NCBI GenBank assembly: GCA_036172245.1
Contig: JAYWIR010000003.1
Location: 3,534,001 to 3,598,000, forward strand
Direction of reading: 5' to 3'
DNA length: 64,000 nucleotides
Source of the DNA: Raillietiella orientalis
Taxonomy: Eukaryota
The translations under genes and the position numbers were made by a program. Under the pieces are notes generated by a model, which had not been told where the DNA came from, made no database searches, and saw only the letters and a program-made list of their open reading frames with translations. Shown one piece after another: positions 39,200 to 52,400 of the stretch (positions are counted from its first letter, which is position 1; every line of letters starts with the position of its first letter).

Positions 39200-41230
39200 C
39201 CCGAAGGACTTGAGGCTTCTCCTTTCCTTTTCCAGGTGAGATGGGAGAAGCCGAGCACGGAATCCATCTTCTGGAACGGTTCCGTCCCTCCTGGGCTTCT
39301 CTCGGGAGTGGAGGAGAGCGAAGGAGCGTAGAAGGAGGGATCATGCCGCTATCAGGGACTCCTCTCTTGGTCCGGCCCTTTTCATGGAAATCGGGGTAAA
39401 AGGGGAAGGAGGGACCGAGAAAGAGGGGAATCTCCGCGGCGTCTCCGGACGAGGGTCGTTTCCGTGGAATCACCTGGATATCCCGAAAGGCAAGAGAGAG
39501 GGAGGCAGAGGAGGGAGGGTTAATGGAGGGAAGCTTAGTCCCGAGACACATCCCACTCCAGAGGCGCGTTTCTGCTTCCCCCACCCGTCCCCAGTTCTCA
39601 AGAAGGGGGAGTGTCTTGCGCCCTCCATTCACTACCCTTCCTGCCCACAGAACCGGACTCCGGGACGGTTGTTCTGCTCCCGGGGAGCAGACAGAAGCTT
39701 AGGGCGGGACTCGCCAGCAGCCCTTTCGCCATGACGCTCGCGGAGCCTCCGGGAGGGAATCGGATGGTGGATGCCGGGCAAATTGGGCCATCAATTTCTT
39801 TGAAGACGGGACAACACGGGGAGCGGGGGCGCTCGCCCCAGCGTCCTTCGAGACGACAGCCTGCCCGCGACGCGGTTCCCCGAGCAGAATCCACCAGCAG
39901 TCCTGAGGGACACCTGGAGGACTGCCAGGCCCGCCGGGTCCAGTATTCTCGAAAACGAAAGCCCGTCGGGCGACTCGAGGCCCGGTCTGGCATGACACTC
40001 TTGGCCCGGCACGAGCAGGGCAGGAGAGCGATGGCCAGCAGACTGACCCAGCGCGGCTCCGTGAGGGTCAGTTTCCATGCAGCCCTGGGCCCTCGGACGG
40101 GCGACTGCCGCTTCCTGTTCCTCCTTCCCCGGCCCACCCGCTCTCTTCCCGCATCGGTGTTCTTCCTGAAGTTCGCCTTTGCCTCCCTCCAGGGCAATAA
40201 AAGGCGCGATCTTTTTCTCGGACCGGAGGGTTCGGCCCGGGGGGGACGCCGCCGCGGCTCGTAAAGCAATTCGGGCTGGGCGGGTCGCGGCCCGGCGCGT
40301 GCGACTTGAAACGTTCCGCCACTATTCAGCGCCATCGCACTTCCGGCGCCCGCAGAGCCCCTTTGTGGGGGGACGGCGGCTCTCGATAGCCTTCGAGGGT
40401 CCGTAAACAGGGGTGTGCTTGCGCTTCATTCCCTTCCCTCCTCCTTCCTTCTCCCCTGTCCCTGCGCCCGTGCTCTCCACCGGGTCGAGCGCGGGCCCCA
40501 GAGGCATCTGGATCGGAGAGGCCTAAAGGGGACTCTCGCTACAGGCAACTACTGCCTCGGGATGGGGCTAGTGTCGAGGAAGCCGAGAGAGACGAGGAGA
40601 GGAGCTGGGTTCCCAGGGTTTCCCCGCGCACCTCGCCGCCCAAGCATGGCGGCGAGGGAAAGCCCCGTCGCGGTGCTGCAATCGCGCGCAGCATCTTCAG
40701 GCACTCTCCACAGGGTCTCCCGACTTCCTGCCTTCCTTCCCCAGTCCCACTCCATCTCTCCCGCTAAAGATGCGCGCGAGGAGGAGCGTCCCTTTCGCCG
40801 CTCCCTCCTGCCTCGTGTCGAGCGAAGGGTCGAGTACCCCAGTCCTTCGAAGCGAGGGAGGACGGGGAACGGTTGACGGGGAATGCGCGCCGAGCTCTCG
40901 CGTCCCGACCGTCCCTAAAAATAGACGGCTGGAGGGAGAAAGGAAGGACCGTCGTCTCGAGGTTCTCCCCGTATCGTGGCAACGTCCTCTGTTGTCATGG
41001 CGCCGCGACGCGTTTGCTCTGAGCTGCGGTTTCGCGCGGTGCCGTGTCTCGTGCCTGGTCGATGGGGAGGGGGGAACAACACGTTTTCCCCAAGAGGTGG
41101 CTCGCGCAGGTCCCCTTCAAGCGCGAGTCCCTTGTCCTCCAGACCGTCTGCCCCCCTGCGCGCCTAATTCCCCTCGGTCGAGGTCGCCAAGGTAACGATC
41201 TCTCGAAGGATGCAAGGTCAGCGTCCCGCT
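39200..41230 (+). pseudogene. Possible ancient, extremely diverged 28S rRNA-derived tract
   Basis: Short colinear anchors at plausible LSU spacing: ggtgagatgggagaagccgagcacggaatcc (~39234), gaaacgttccgccactattc (~40307), caactactgcc (~40547), gcagcatctt (~40688) and aggtcgccaaggtaac (~41181). Each is weak alone. Confidence 0.35.
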
Positions 41231-43334
41231 TCCTCTCTCTCCTTTAATTTCCTCTCCACCCCTCTTTGGAGAGAAAATTCCACAGCCTCCCTCTCTGCAA
41301 AGCCCCCAGCCCTAGCATGAGGGAGCGGCCATGCTCTCTTCCTGCCCCCCGCTGTCGCTGCCTCCACGGTGGAGAGAGGCAGCAGGGAGATCTCTGGCGC
41401 CGCTACCTTTTTCGCCCTCCCTGGCGCCCTGAGACCGAGGAAGCCCCTGGGAGTCTCCCTTGTCCTTGTCTCCCCTCCCTCCGTTCTCACTGTTGGCGGA
41501 GGCTCCATGCTCTCCATTCTTCATTCTCTTGGGGGAAGACGGGGCTGGAGTAACCTCTTGGAGGGGGGGACGGGGTGAGGTCAGGTTTCTCCCGAGCTAT
41601 GTGGAGGGTCCGCCCCTCCTAAAAGGTAGAGAACCAGCAGGAGAAGAGCACAGAACGGACGGCTACAGGAAAGAGATGCGTCCTTGCTTATCCGACCCCA
41701 TCGCTAGAGCGTCCCATAGCGGGCAGTCCTCAGCATCCTTCGGTGTTGCCTGCCAGGTCCTCTTCGGACACGAGCCCCTCGTGGGCCGCTATCGGGAGCC
41801 ACTGTCCGCTGTGTTCTCCAGACCCTCTGCCCTTCCCCCCGCGCACCCGAATTAATCCCAGTCGAGGTCGCCAAGGCAAAGACCTTCGAGTGACTGTGGT
41901 GCTCGACCCTTCGTTCGAAACGAGGATAGAGGGAGCGGCGAAAGGGAAGCTCCTCTTCGTGCACATCCCCAGCGGGAGAGATGGAGTGGGGCTGGAGAAG
42001 AAAGGGAGGAAGTTGAGGAGCCTACAGGAAGCGCCTGAAGATGCCTGGAGACCCTGACGCGACCTCAGCGCCCCCATCCTTGAGAATGCTTCGCATATGG
42101 AATTCCCTATTCCTCATCGCTCGAGGAATCTTCCTAGTTTCCCGAAGAGGTTGCCATACTCTCTGGAGATCTCTAGAATATGCGGAAGGGGTCGCAGGGG
42201 AAAGACGACGAGGAAGCCGTTGGTGCGGCTCCGCTCCCCTCTGCCTGCTTTCAGGTGGACGCCCCCCGCTGGGGGGTGCGGAGCCGTGTCGCTTCAATTC
42301 CTCCTCTGCCTCTCCGGGCGCGTCCCTTCCTTCCCCAGGACGTTGTCTCTCGCGCCGCGAGGCGGCCATCCACAGTTTCCTTTCCCCGTCGCCGGGCAAC
42401 TCCGTGAGCCTCCGCCCTTCCCCCGCGTGCCCGTTCGGCCGGTGTCCCTCTGTTCAGCCTCCGCTGCAGGACGCGAGGTAGACCAGGCAAGTCGAGCGGC
42501 GAGTCTCCATGCCATCTTCTGCCCAGTCTCCTTCCCAGCTCTCTCCAGCGTCGTTCGGACCATCGCGGGCGGCGGCACGGAAGAAAAGCCCGCGCGGGCG
42601 AGAGAGAGAGAGAGAGAGAAAGAGAAAGGGGGAAGATTCATCTCGCCGCTGATCCGCCACATCCGACTAGATTGGACCCTGATTCGCCGTCATTACCGAG
42701 GCGATTCATCACGCCGCCCGCCCCCGCTCTGCGTCCAGAGATCTTTCCATCCGGGGTATCCAACTCGGTTCCTCGCCGGCGCTGGAGCCGGACCGTGGTC
42801 GGGTGCGCCGTCCTGCCAGAGAAAGAGGGTCTGGCAGAGCACGAAAGGAAAAAACGAGCGGGCCTGATTGATTAATCTGCGTGAAGCTGCTCTTTCTGGA
42901 CCCTTTTGGGGAAGGCGTGGAACCGACGCCAAGGAATTCCGGCCGAAGAATCCACAAAATCTCGCGCTTTGTTTTCTCCTCTCCGCCTTTCTCCAGCCCT
43001 TATTGGCTCCGAGCATCTCAACATCACACACGTGAGAAATCGCCGGAAGTCTCCAGAAATCCGAGAACCGGGGCGTGCCGGACGGACGCACCTCCTCTCC
43101 ACCTCATCTGCTCGGGTGACGTGAGAAACGAGATGTGGGACGGCCCGCGTGGGCATGACCAGGTCCGAGAACTTCCGCTGCATCCTCCGCCGGTCGGACG
43201 CACGGGGAAGGAAGACCAACATCCTAGAGATGGACCGAAACGGAAAGTTCTCGTCCGGAGGACGCTCTGGTGAGAGTTCTACTCTCGCGCTTCCTTCCGC
43301 GGGGAAGACGGAGGCGAACAGCCGCGAACCACGT

Positions 43335-43580
43335 CCTCTTCCTTTCTTCCTGCTCTTTTTGTTCTTCCTCCTTTTTTTCCTTCTTCCTCCCTTCCTCCTT
43401 CTTTCTTCTTCTTCCTTTCCTCTTCCTTTCTTTCCTCACTGCTCTTCCTTTTCCTCCTGCTTTTTTCCTCCTTTGTTCTTCCTTTCTTCTCCTCTTCCTC
43501 CCTCCTTTCTCCTCTCTTCCTCCTTTCGCCATCGTCCATCTCCTACTTTCTTCCTCCCTTCCTCTTCCCCCTCCTCCTGG
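43335..43580. repeat. Polypyrimidine (CT/CCT/CTT) low-complexity tract
   Basis: About 245 bp almost purely C/T on the plus strand. Confidence 0.9.
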
Positions 43581-44449
43581 GGAAAGGACCCAATCAATGG
43601 TATCAGAGCGGGACTGATGCGGAGTAGGATGGTGCAACAGATCCACCTTGGTTCCTCCCTTTTCCCAGACGATCAGAGGGAGAATGTGGGACGCCTTGTT
43701 CTCGTGGGCACACAGGAAGAACCTTCGCGGCTGGAGTCAGGAAGAGTTGCAGCTGCCTTCGCATCAGCGGGACCATGGAAGACCACGGATTCTTCCCGAA
43801 GGACAGGACAAGTACCGCCGGCAGAGCCAGGGCTGAGGGAATAAGGGCGAATGGAGTCGCTGGTGCACGAAGGAAGAGTCACCTGCTTCAGCTGAGACGG
43901 TCCCCTCCTCCGTCCTTCCAGCTTCTTAGCCTTCGGGAAGGGGAGCAGATGAAGACCCCCAGATGGAACCGGCCGCTTCTGTGCCAAGGCAACAAGCAAG
44001 AGCTTGGGATTTCGAGGAGGGCGGATCGCTCTGGCTCTCCTTGGTATCTGAAGGTCTCCTCCGAGGGATTTTCGGGGGCGAGCAGGTTCCACCCGGGCCG
44101 AGTAGCGTAGGGCCGGTCTCCTGAGAACCCAGCGGACCGAGGAAGGAAGGGAAGCGGCGGACGCGACCCTGCCGCTCCTCCTCCCGAGATGCACCGATCC
44201 ATCCGCAGGAACTTCACGCGGAGAGCTCGAGAAGCTGTGAACGCTTTCCAGGGAAGAGGGAAACAAACTGCCTCCCTCACGAGAGCGAGGAGGGGGAAGA
44301 ATGGGGGGAAATTAGCGAGGGGGAGAGAGGAAATAAATTCAGGGGACCGTCGCGCCCTTGAATAAGAAATCCATCGGGGCACGGCGGAAACGCCATTCAT
44401 CGCAATCGCATCTTTGCCAGTGACACAGCGTCGCGTGTGATCTTGATGG

Positions 44450-47300
44450 ACCGGGCGGAGGGAAGGCCAGGAGGGGGGAAAGCTGGAGGAAAAGGAGCCC
44501 TTCTCGGTCCCTCGCGTGTTCATTGCGCGCAGGGAGGGAGGAAGAGGAGTTCGACCGCTGCCGCGCTATATACCACGAAGGGGTCGGGAGGACACAGGCA
44601 CTCCCGTCAGCGCCTCATTCTCCAGAGGAACGGATGTGCCAGGGAGAGGAGAGGGGCGAGGAGGTTCGCTTCCGAGCCGCGCGGCGCAGTCGCCAGACGA
44701 CGGCCGGGTGCTCGAGGCGAGGAAGCGCCGCCGTGGTGCCCACCCCGAGGGAGCTTTCCCCAACGTCTTTCCTGGCGCCGCAAGGTAGCACAACTTGCGG
44801 GTGTGCCACCCACGCGCGGGAGCGCCGCGTCCTCGACATCTTTCCTCGCCTCCGGCGCGCGTCCGGCCAGGTGGGGTCACAAGGGCATCTGTCACCGCGG
44901 AGAGAGAGAGCCCAGATGGACCGCCACCGCCTGGGATCGTGTCCAGATCCCGGGGGGTTCGGTCTCGCAGAGGCCCCCTGGAGGCAGCCCTCGGCCTGCT
45001 CACGAAGGCCGCCGGCTCCTCGCCTTCGACCTGAAGCTTCCTCGGACGTTCCCTCTGCCAGTCTCCAAAAATCTGGACCTCTTGAGCGAACTCTTCTGAG
45101 CACCCACGACGCGGGTCCCCTGCTCCCTGGTGGGGAGGGAAGGAAAGGGGAAGATGTGGCTCCCCCGCCTGACACAGACAGTACAGACCCCGAGCAGATG
45201 GGTTCGGCAGGATTTTCCTGCTGGTCTGTAGAACCGAGAAAGTCGGCCCCGAGGGCACTTTCCGGAGCAGCACCGTCAGTACCTACTACCAGTGGATCAG
45301 GGCGTCACTTCGACCATGTGGGCGCAATGTGCACGCACCACGCGCGGACCGCCGAAGTCTTCCGCGTCCATTCAGACACCTTCTTGGCGGTCGCCGGCGG
45401 CAACGACGACCGCAGCTAGGGGCCGCCTCCCGGAGGCTCACTGACCGCCACTCTCCTCCCCCTCCCGGATGACCCCCGCGTCGACTCCGTTCTGCATGGC
45501 CCTCGACGGAGGGACCGGGACGTTTCGGGAGCACCAGCGGTTCCTCACCAGCGCCCCGTTGAAAAGATGTCGTGCCTGATACGCTTTCCATCTTGCCTGG
45601 GTAAAGGGGGTCGTCGAGGACTCCTCCGCGGTGCAGCTGCGCCCCTTCCCGGAACGGTGGCGATTTTCTGATCGCGGTCGATCACCGGGAAGGAGGGGAA
45701 GGGGGAGGGGGGACGATTCAGGCGCGCCTTCTCGCTTGGGGGCAGCCCACAAAAGCCTGGGGCTCTCCGGATCCATCCTCTCTTCTGGAACGGGATCGAA
45801 GTCGGCCCCAGTTCGTGCGACGCTGCAGCTCCTTGGAAATGGGGAGGGAAAGAAGGAAGGGGGAGGGAGTGCTCGCGGCTGCGGAACATCTGGGCGAAGA
45901 ATCCACCCGTGTTTCCCCGGGATCCTTGCCACCACTCCGGACCTGGGAAGGAACCCCCGGTGAGGGTGACGGCGCTTCGACACCACCCTCGTCGGCTGCC
46001 ATGCCAACGTGGGGGGAGGCACTGAGGTCCAGTAGCTGCCGAGGGGATGGGGTGGTGGTGTCGTCCTCAGAGGCAACGCCCCTCGGGCAGGGAGGGGAAG
46101 GAAGCCGGCGTGCGCCATCCGGCCATGGCGCCGACGGAGCGTCCGAGAGGCGCCGCCCACGGAGACGGGGACGACGACGCCCGCATCCCGGTGGACCGGA
46201 CCGCATCGTGTGCGCGACTCGTCCTCCGGTCACCTGCAGGTGCGCTGCAAGCACGTCGACTTAGAGAGATCCACCTCCTCCTCCTCCTTCCCTGGAATCG
46301 CCCCGCGAGGCGGTGGCGGTAGGGGATGGCGTTGCGCCCTCCTCTGACTGACTCCTTCGTCCCCTCTCCCCTGACGCGAAGCAGAGGAAAAGGAGAGAGG
46401 CAGGAGAAAGGGAGACATCGTTGCTTTATGTGGCTCCCGGAAACAAGCACCGGCGCCGCTGCCGTCAAGGTCCTCCACCTGAACGAGGTGATCAGGCAGT
46501 CCCTGGCGACCATCTCGCCGCGACCTGCCCCGCGTCCGCATCCTCAGGAGCGTGTGGCCCTAAACCTTCCCTTCCCGTGACCCTACCCCTCTGGGAAGTT
46601 CCTATGTTGTCCTCGGCGCCGCTAGGGTAGCATGGCAACCCCGCCGCCACGGTGGTGCGCCACCGTCAAACGGAGGAGGATGGTTGACGGCGTCGGCGCC
46701 AGGAGTGCAGGCGGGTACAGCAGGGACTCCGCTCCCGAGCTTGCGGTCCAGGTTGGCGTAGGACTCCTGGGGAAAAAGGACGAAAAGTCCTAGTTTCCTG
46801 GAGCGATCCGGAGGGAGACCCCCCTCCTGCCGCGCAGCCCTCACGTCGACGCAGAAGAACTCCATTTTGTCCAGCGCTTCGCCGGCAGCGTGAACTGGGC
46901 AACGGTCGCGCCTCGGCATCGCCGGAAGGCGGTCCCAGCGGAGCAGAAGAGACGGTAGGCAGGAGCTGCTGCTGCTGGAGCCCTCCCGACCCGCCGCTCA
47001 CTGGAGACCGCCGCTCGCGCTGCTGCTCCGGCCCGAGCACGTCCATCGGCCCTCCCTGTCCCCGCGCGCTGCCTGCCTCTCCGGCAGAGAGGTCGAACCT
47101 CCCGAGGGATCTTTCTGCCGCCATCCGTTCTGGACCTCTCCCGCGAGCATCGCGGTGTCCTCTCCGGCTCGCCCAGAGGCGGCGAGATCCGGCCGTTGGG
47201 GCCGCTGCCGTCGCCGCCGTATCCGAGCAATGCGCCTGCGGTGGGAAAGCGGACAGAGCACTTCCTGCATCGGGAAGGCGGGAGGAAAGGAGGGGGAGGA
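44450..47300 (-). mobile_element. Very decayed L1/Tx1-like RT/ORF2 relic
   Basis: Minus strand ALDKMEF...RAARQEGGLPP...LFVLF...GADAV resembles L.KMGF / RGVRQG.PLSP.LFVL / YADD. Boundaries are uncertain. Confidence 0.35.
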
Positions 47301-48839
47301 AATAGGAAGCGCCTCGCCTGTCCAGGAAGCGCTTTCCGCGCGCGCGGCACCAATCCACTCCAGGTGCCGAGAATCCCAGCCGGCAGGAAGGAGGAGGAAT
47401 GCGCACCATTAGCGGCGGTGGGAAACGAAGAGGGGGTAGAGGAAGAGGGGGAAGGGAACGCGCGTGCTTCCTTGAGGGCTCCGTCCGGGATGATTGATGG
47501 GGGTTCGCTCTTCCCGTGAGGATGTCAACGAGGGAGGCATCCCCGCTTGGAGGGACGGGACTCCCGGGAGTGGTAGGCGGGGTGAAACGCCGACCGACGA
47601 CCGTTGGGGCGGCAGGCAGCGCTCCGTCTTCGGCGGAGGAGGCCCCCGGGACTCCGGTGCTGCGGGAGATGGGAGAGAAGGACGAAGGAGTCCTCCTTTC
47701 TTCCCGTGCCCTCCCCTCTTCTCCTGCGAAAGGCCTTTCTGTCCTCCTTGGGAACAGGCAAGGGGTGCGTGGGAGAAGGAGGCTCGCGACCTGCTGCCCG
47801 CGAGGTCGAGGGATTCTACGAGGGGAGGGACAGGACGAGGGATGCGCTGACACTGGGGGTGCTTTGGCATCCCCCGAACGGTGCAGCTCGTCGGTCGGCC
47901 AGCAAGATCGGCCGCTTCGGTCCCGGGAACCGCTGCCTGTCTTGGACCGGGCATCTTCGAACTCCGCGGACGCCGCCGCCGCCTCTGGCGGGAGGCGGCA
48001 GTCGAGGAAGCAGCGGCCGCCAGATGGATGGCGCGGACGGTTCCCCGGGACGCCACGGCGAGGGGGAGGACCCCCTTGAGCTGCCGGGGACGAGTGCCCT
48101 CTGCGAGCCCCCGGGAGCCAAGGAAGACGGGACGAAGAGGGGCAAACGAACGGTTCGCAGGCGCAGGGAAGCGCACGCGCGCAGCTCGGGACGATCGCGC
48201 GAGCCGGGCGCGCGAAACGAACGGGCGATGCGTGGGAATGCGCGCGCACGAGAAAGCTCGCGCGCAGGTGTGCAGCGAGCGGTTCGAGGCGTTGGGGGCG
48301 TGGCGTGCGCGAGCACGCGCGCGCACGGACGCGGCGGAGCACGCGCAGGTGTGCACGCGACGCGCGCCCTCGCGGAGCGGTTCCGCTTCTCCCGGGAAAG
48401 GGGAAAAGGAACGGGAAGGTCTTTTAGCCTCCGTCTCTCCTCCCGCGCTGCTCGGAGACGCAGCCGCAGCGGACGGGAAGGCGCGGGGGACGCGACCGAG
48501 GCGGGAAATCCGTCGTCCCGTCCGCCCGCCCCGAGAGCAGCTGCTGCTCCCCGAAACGGCGCTGCGACGGCGTAGGCCATTGTCCTTGAAAGGCAGCCGC
48601 TCGCAAACTTCCTGGAACACGATCCCCCCCGTTCCCGGCGAGAGAGAAAGGTAGGAATGGGGGGAAGGTGAGGGAGGGAGAAGAGGGGGAGAGGGGAGGG
48701 GGAATCGAAAAAGAAAACAATAAAAAACAACCTGGAAGAAGAAGAAAAAAAAGGGAAGGGAAGAGGGGCGGTAGGGGGGAGAGAAAGTTAGCGAGGAAGG
48801 CGCGCCGAGCGGCACAATCGGAAGCGTCGCCGCCGCCGC

Positions 48840-49465
48840 CGCTGCGCTTTCACTTTTCGCGTGACGTCACCGGAAGATGTGAGCGATGTGCGCGTGCGCG
48901 CGCTCGCTCGTGCTCCGACAGACGGAGCGCCAGTCTGGCGCGAGATGAGTTATGCGGCGTCCCGCCTACCTCCTTCCCTCCCTCTCTACCCACCTACCAC
49001 CGGATGGGGAAGGGGTGGGGGTTAGGGGAGGGCGAGAAGGAAGAAAGCGAGGGGGGGGGGGAAGAGAGGAGAGAGAAAAAGAAAATGCGTGCAAAGGCGC
49101 GTGCGCACTTCTCGCTGGCTCGGTTCCCGTCGCGAACTGCGCGTCGAACATGAGCGCACGCGTGTGCGCGGGATAGGTCCGGGCGACAGAGCGCGCGCGC
49201 GCTGCGCTGCGTGCGTCGGCGTCAGGCCGGCGGACGGGAAGGCATCCATCCATTCCCTTACCTGGGACGTGGATGCAGAGCAGCCAGAAGTTCAAGGCCG
49301 GCTCCGTAAATCGGTCAATAGTCAGCCGAACGCCATTGGGTAGCCGACGCGGCTGCTGCCTAGCGACGGCGGCGCGCGCGCAGGGCCCTCCGCTCAGTAC
49401 GTGCCTCGCATGTGACTGCGCGAGATGTGAGCGCTCCGCCCGGCGGCAACCGATCGCAGGTAGGC
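48840..49465. promoter_or_regulatory. CpG-dense putative promoter / first exon
   Basis: A perfect CRE palindrome TGACGTCA (48862-48869) abuts an ETS core CCGGAAG (48870-48876). Also a reverse CCAAT (~49336), an Inr-like TCAGT (~49394) and a donor-like CAG|GTAGGC (~49459). CG/GC dinucleotide runs are dense. Confidence 0.4.
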
Positions 49466-52400
49466 AGTGGCGGAGGACTCCGCGCGCGCCCGCCTGCGTG
49501 CAGGGATGGGACCCCCTCCCCACCGTAAAGGCGTCCTCGGTCCTTCCGTCTCGCGCGTTCGCCCCGGAGGAGGCCGACAAGAACCCGTCGCCTCCCCCCT
49601 CCTTCCCCTTCCTTTCCATCCCTCGCTTTCCCCGGTTCGTTAGTTCGCTTCCGGCTCTTTCCCTCTCTCCCCTTCCCCCTCTCCTCTTCTCGCTCCCCCC
49701 TTCCCCACCCCTTCACCTCGGCCGGGCGGTCGAGTCGGCCAAGCTGTGCCCATGCCGTACGCGTAGCTCGCCCACCACCGTCCACCAGGGAGGCGGTCCC
49801 TTCGCCCTGCACACCTCACGCTCTACTCTGCCTCCGTCCGGGACGGGCGGGGGAGGTAGGCGGTTCATCCCACGGGGGCCCCTCCGCGACGCCGGAGAGC
49901 GCCCCGCTTCCTCCCGATTCGCCCCGTTGCCGTGGCAACCTGTGGGGGCAGGGGAGGCGGACGGACTCGTTTCGCTGCCGCCGGGGCTCCCTGGGAGGTC
50001 CAAGCTGCCCCGCCCCGCAGGTGCCTTCGCTTCAAGGAGGTCTTCTCGGAAAGGAAAACGGGAGCAAGGCGATCTCGGCAGGGGAGGCGAAGGGTTCCGA
50101 GGGAGCGGGAGGGAAGGGAGAAGGGGGTGAGGGAGCGGCCGTCCCCTCCGTCCGTCCCTGCGGGATCGGAGCGCCGTCCGTCGGCTTGGAGCGGCCAACC
50201 GTTCCTTTCTTCCCGGGGAAACCGTCGCCGTTCCTTCCTGCGAGAAAACGTGTGGCGTCCTCGTGGTGGGGGAGCACTGGGGAGAGGGTGGTCGCGGAAG
50301 GGGTCGCAGGTCCCAGCGCCACCTCGCGCTTTGCCCTCCCGATGCCGTTACGCTCCGCCAGGAGCGCGCGCGCTTCCCGCCGGTCCGATGGGGTTCCCTG
50401 CCGGGCGTCGGGAGGGAAGCCAGAGGGGAACTACCCTTTGTTCCCTGGGACGGGCCACGGTCGAGAGGGGGAGGAGGGGGAAAGAGCACAGAGGGTCTTC
50501 CCTCTCCCGAAGGGTCGCAGAGGGTGTCCGTAGTCTCCCCCTTCCCTCTGGAAAAGAGGAGGGGGGGGGGAATTCGTGGGGAGGGGAATCCTCTGCCTGA
50601 CTGGCTGTGGGTGATTCCCGGCCGTCCCGCCCGGCGGATGCTGCGGCTGGAGGGAACGCGGCAGGTAGCGCTCCTCCGTCCCAGCGTTGTATGGCGGCGC
50701 CGACGAGCTGACGAGCGGGCTCCGTGGTGGCTCCGCGGTCAGGCGGAAACAGGCCGCTTCCCGGACGTCAGAGGGCGCGACGTCCGAGGGAGACGCCGGA
50801 CGCGGTGGTGGACAGCGTGGGACCAGAATAACTCCCCTCCCCTCTGCCCCCTCCCCTCGCGGGATCGAGCCCCCCTCCCAGAAGGGCCCTTCCTCTTCGC
50901 CATCCCGCTTCCCTTTAGACCGTAGCCGGCGGACTGCGACGGACCGACGCTGCAGGAATGGAAAGGTCCAGCCGGCGGGACGGGAGATCTGCAGCGTCCC
51001 TCGCGTTGCCAAGGTTGCCGCTTCCTCTCCACGGCGCTAGTGCCACGACGGGAACGGGTGAGGTCCCAACCAGCGGTCCGGGGGGGTTATCCGGAGTATA
51101 GAGGCGCCGATGGAAGGATGGGATCACCGTGCGTGTCGTCCCCGGTGATCCCTCGCAGTGCTCCCTGCCTCATGGGGTGGACGGCGTCCAAGCAGACCTC
51201 GCGGCGCGGCCTGCTCGAAGCACCGCAGACTGGCGCGCCCCCTTTGGGACGAGCGACGCGCTGTCGCACGGGAAAGCGACGCTTCCCTGGGGAAGCGAGC
51301 GACTCTCTCTCCCTTGTGGCGCTTGGGGGAAGTCGCACGCTACAGTTGGCGCCTCCCTGGTCGCACTGTAACTGACCACAACCCGACTCCCATTGTCCGT
51401 GACTGCAGGTTGTGTCTCGTTGTCCGTGTTCGCAACAAGTTGATTCCCGTCGCCCGTGGTCACAGGTTGAGCTGCACCATCATCATTAGCAGATGTTTTT
51501 GTAGATATCGGCCAGCATCTTCCTCTTCGCTACCTGATGGTTCATTCGGTTCCGTTCGGGGTCGTCTGGAGCGACTTGCGCCGACCTTGTTAAAAGCCCG
51601 AGACGCCCGATGTCAGGAGTTTTTCCGTTCCGACTCTGGTGCGGTGGCGGGGGTCGCCCTTCTTCCCTCGTGGGTTTCCGGCGCGCTCTCGGGAGAAATC
51701 GCCCGCCAAGGAGCGTGGTCCATGCTGGTATCTGGGAAACACGCAGTGGGCTGACTGGAGGAATGGAGGCGCGAAGCAGCGACGCAACGGATCCTCCGGC
51801 AAACGTGCTTCCGTCGGCACTCTGACGCGTTTCGCAGCCTTTCTTCAACCGTTTGGAGCGTCTCGCCTGCACTGTCGTTTCCGTAATGTTCCGGGCGAAG
51901 GTTCCTTCCCTGCAGCGAAGAATTGCCCCCGGGCGAGTCCACCGGCCTCGGCTCGCGCGCGCGCCTGCGCCGAGAAGCTTCGATTCTCGAGCGTCTGCGG
52001 AACTCCCTTCCTGCCACCTCCCGGAGGTGTCCGAGAGAGCGAACTTGCCTCCGGGACGGTAACGGCTGCCATGAATTCCACCCGCGAACGCCTCACACGT
52101 AAACAAACCGCCGATTCCTGTCAATGGGGGTTCGCCTCCGGCTTCGCTAACGGGACACGTCCCGGTAAAATTCGTTCACAGGTTGCGGGGGAGGAAAGGA
52201 GACGCGCATGCCTGCGTCCGTTCCCTTCCTCCCCCTCCCCCCTTTTTTTTTCGCCCTATGAGCCCTCCGCTTCCTCCTTCCGCCGACGCCGGGTGACCGC
52301 GCGCATGCAGCGGCATCGTTCGGGTGGATGAGAAGGCGAGGCAGACGGAAAAGCAGCAGCCAGGAGCTGGGACGGAAGATGCCGACATCTCGGTTGCCCT

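Noticed and set aside
46666..50925. Long ORFs (558, 468, 323, 285 aa and others)
   Set aside because: Low-complexity R/P/G/A translations open on both strands, an artefact of stop-codon scarcity.
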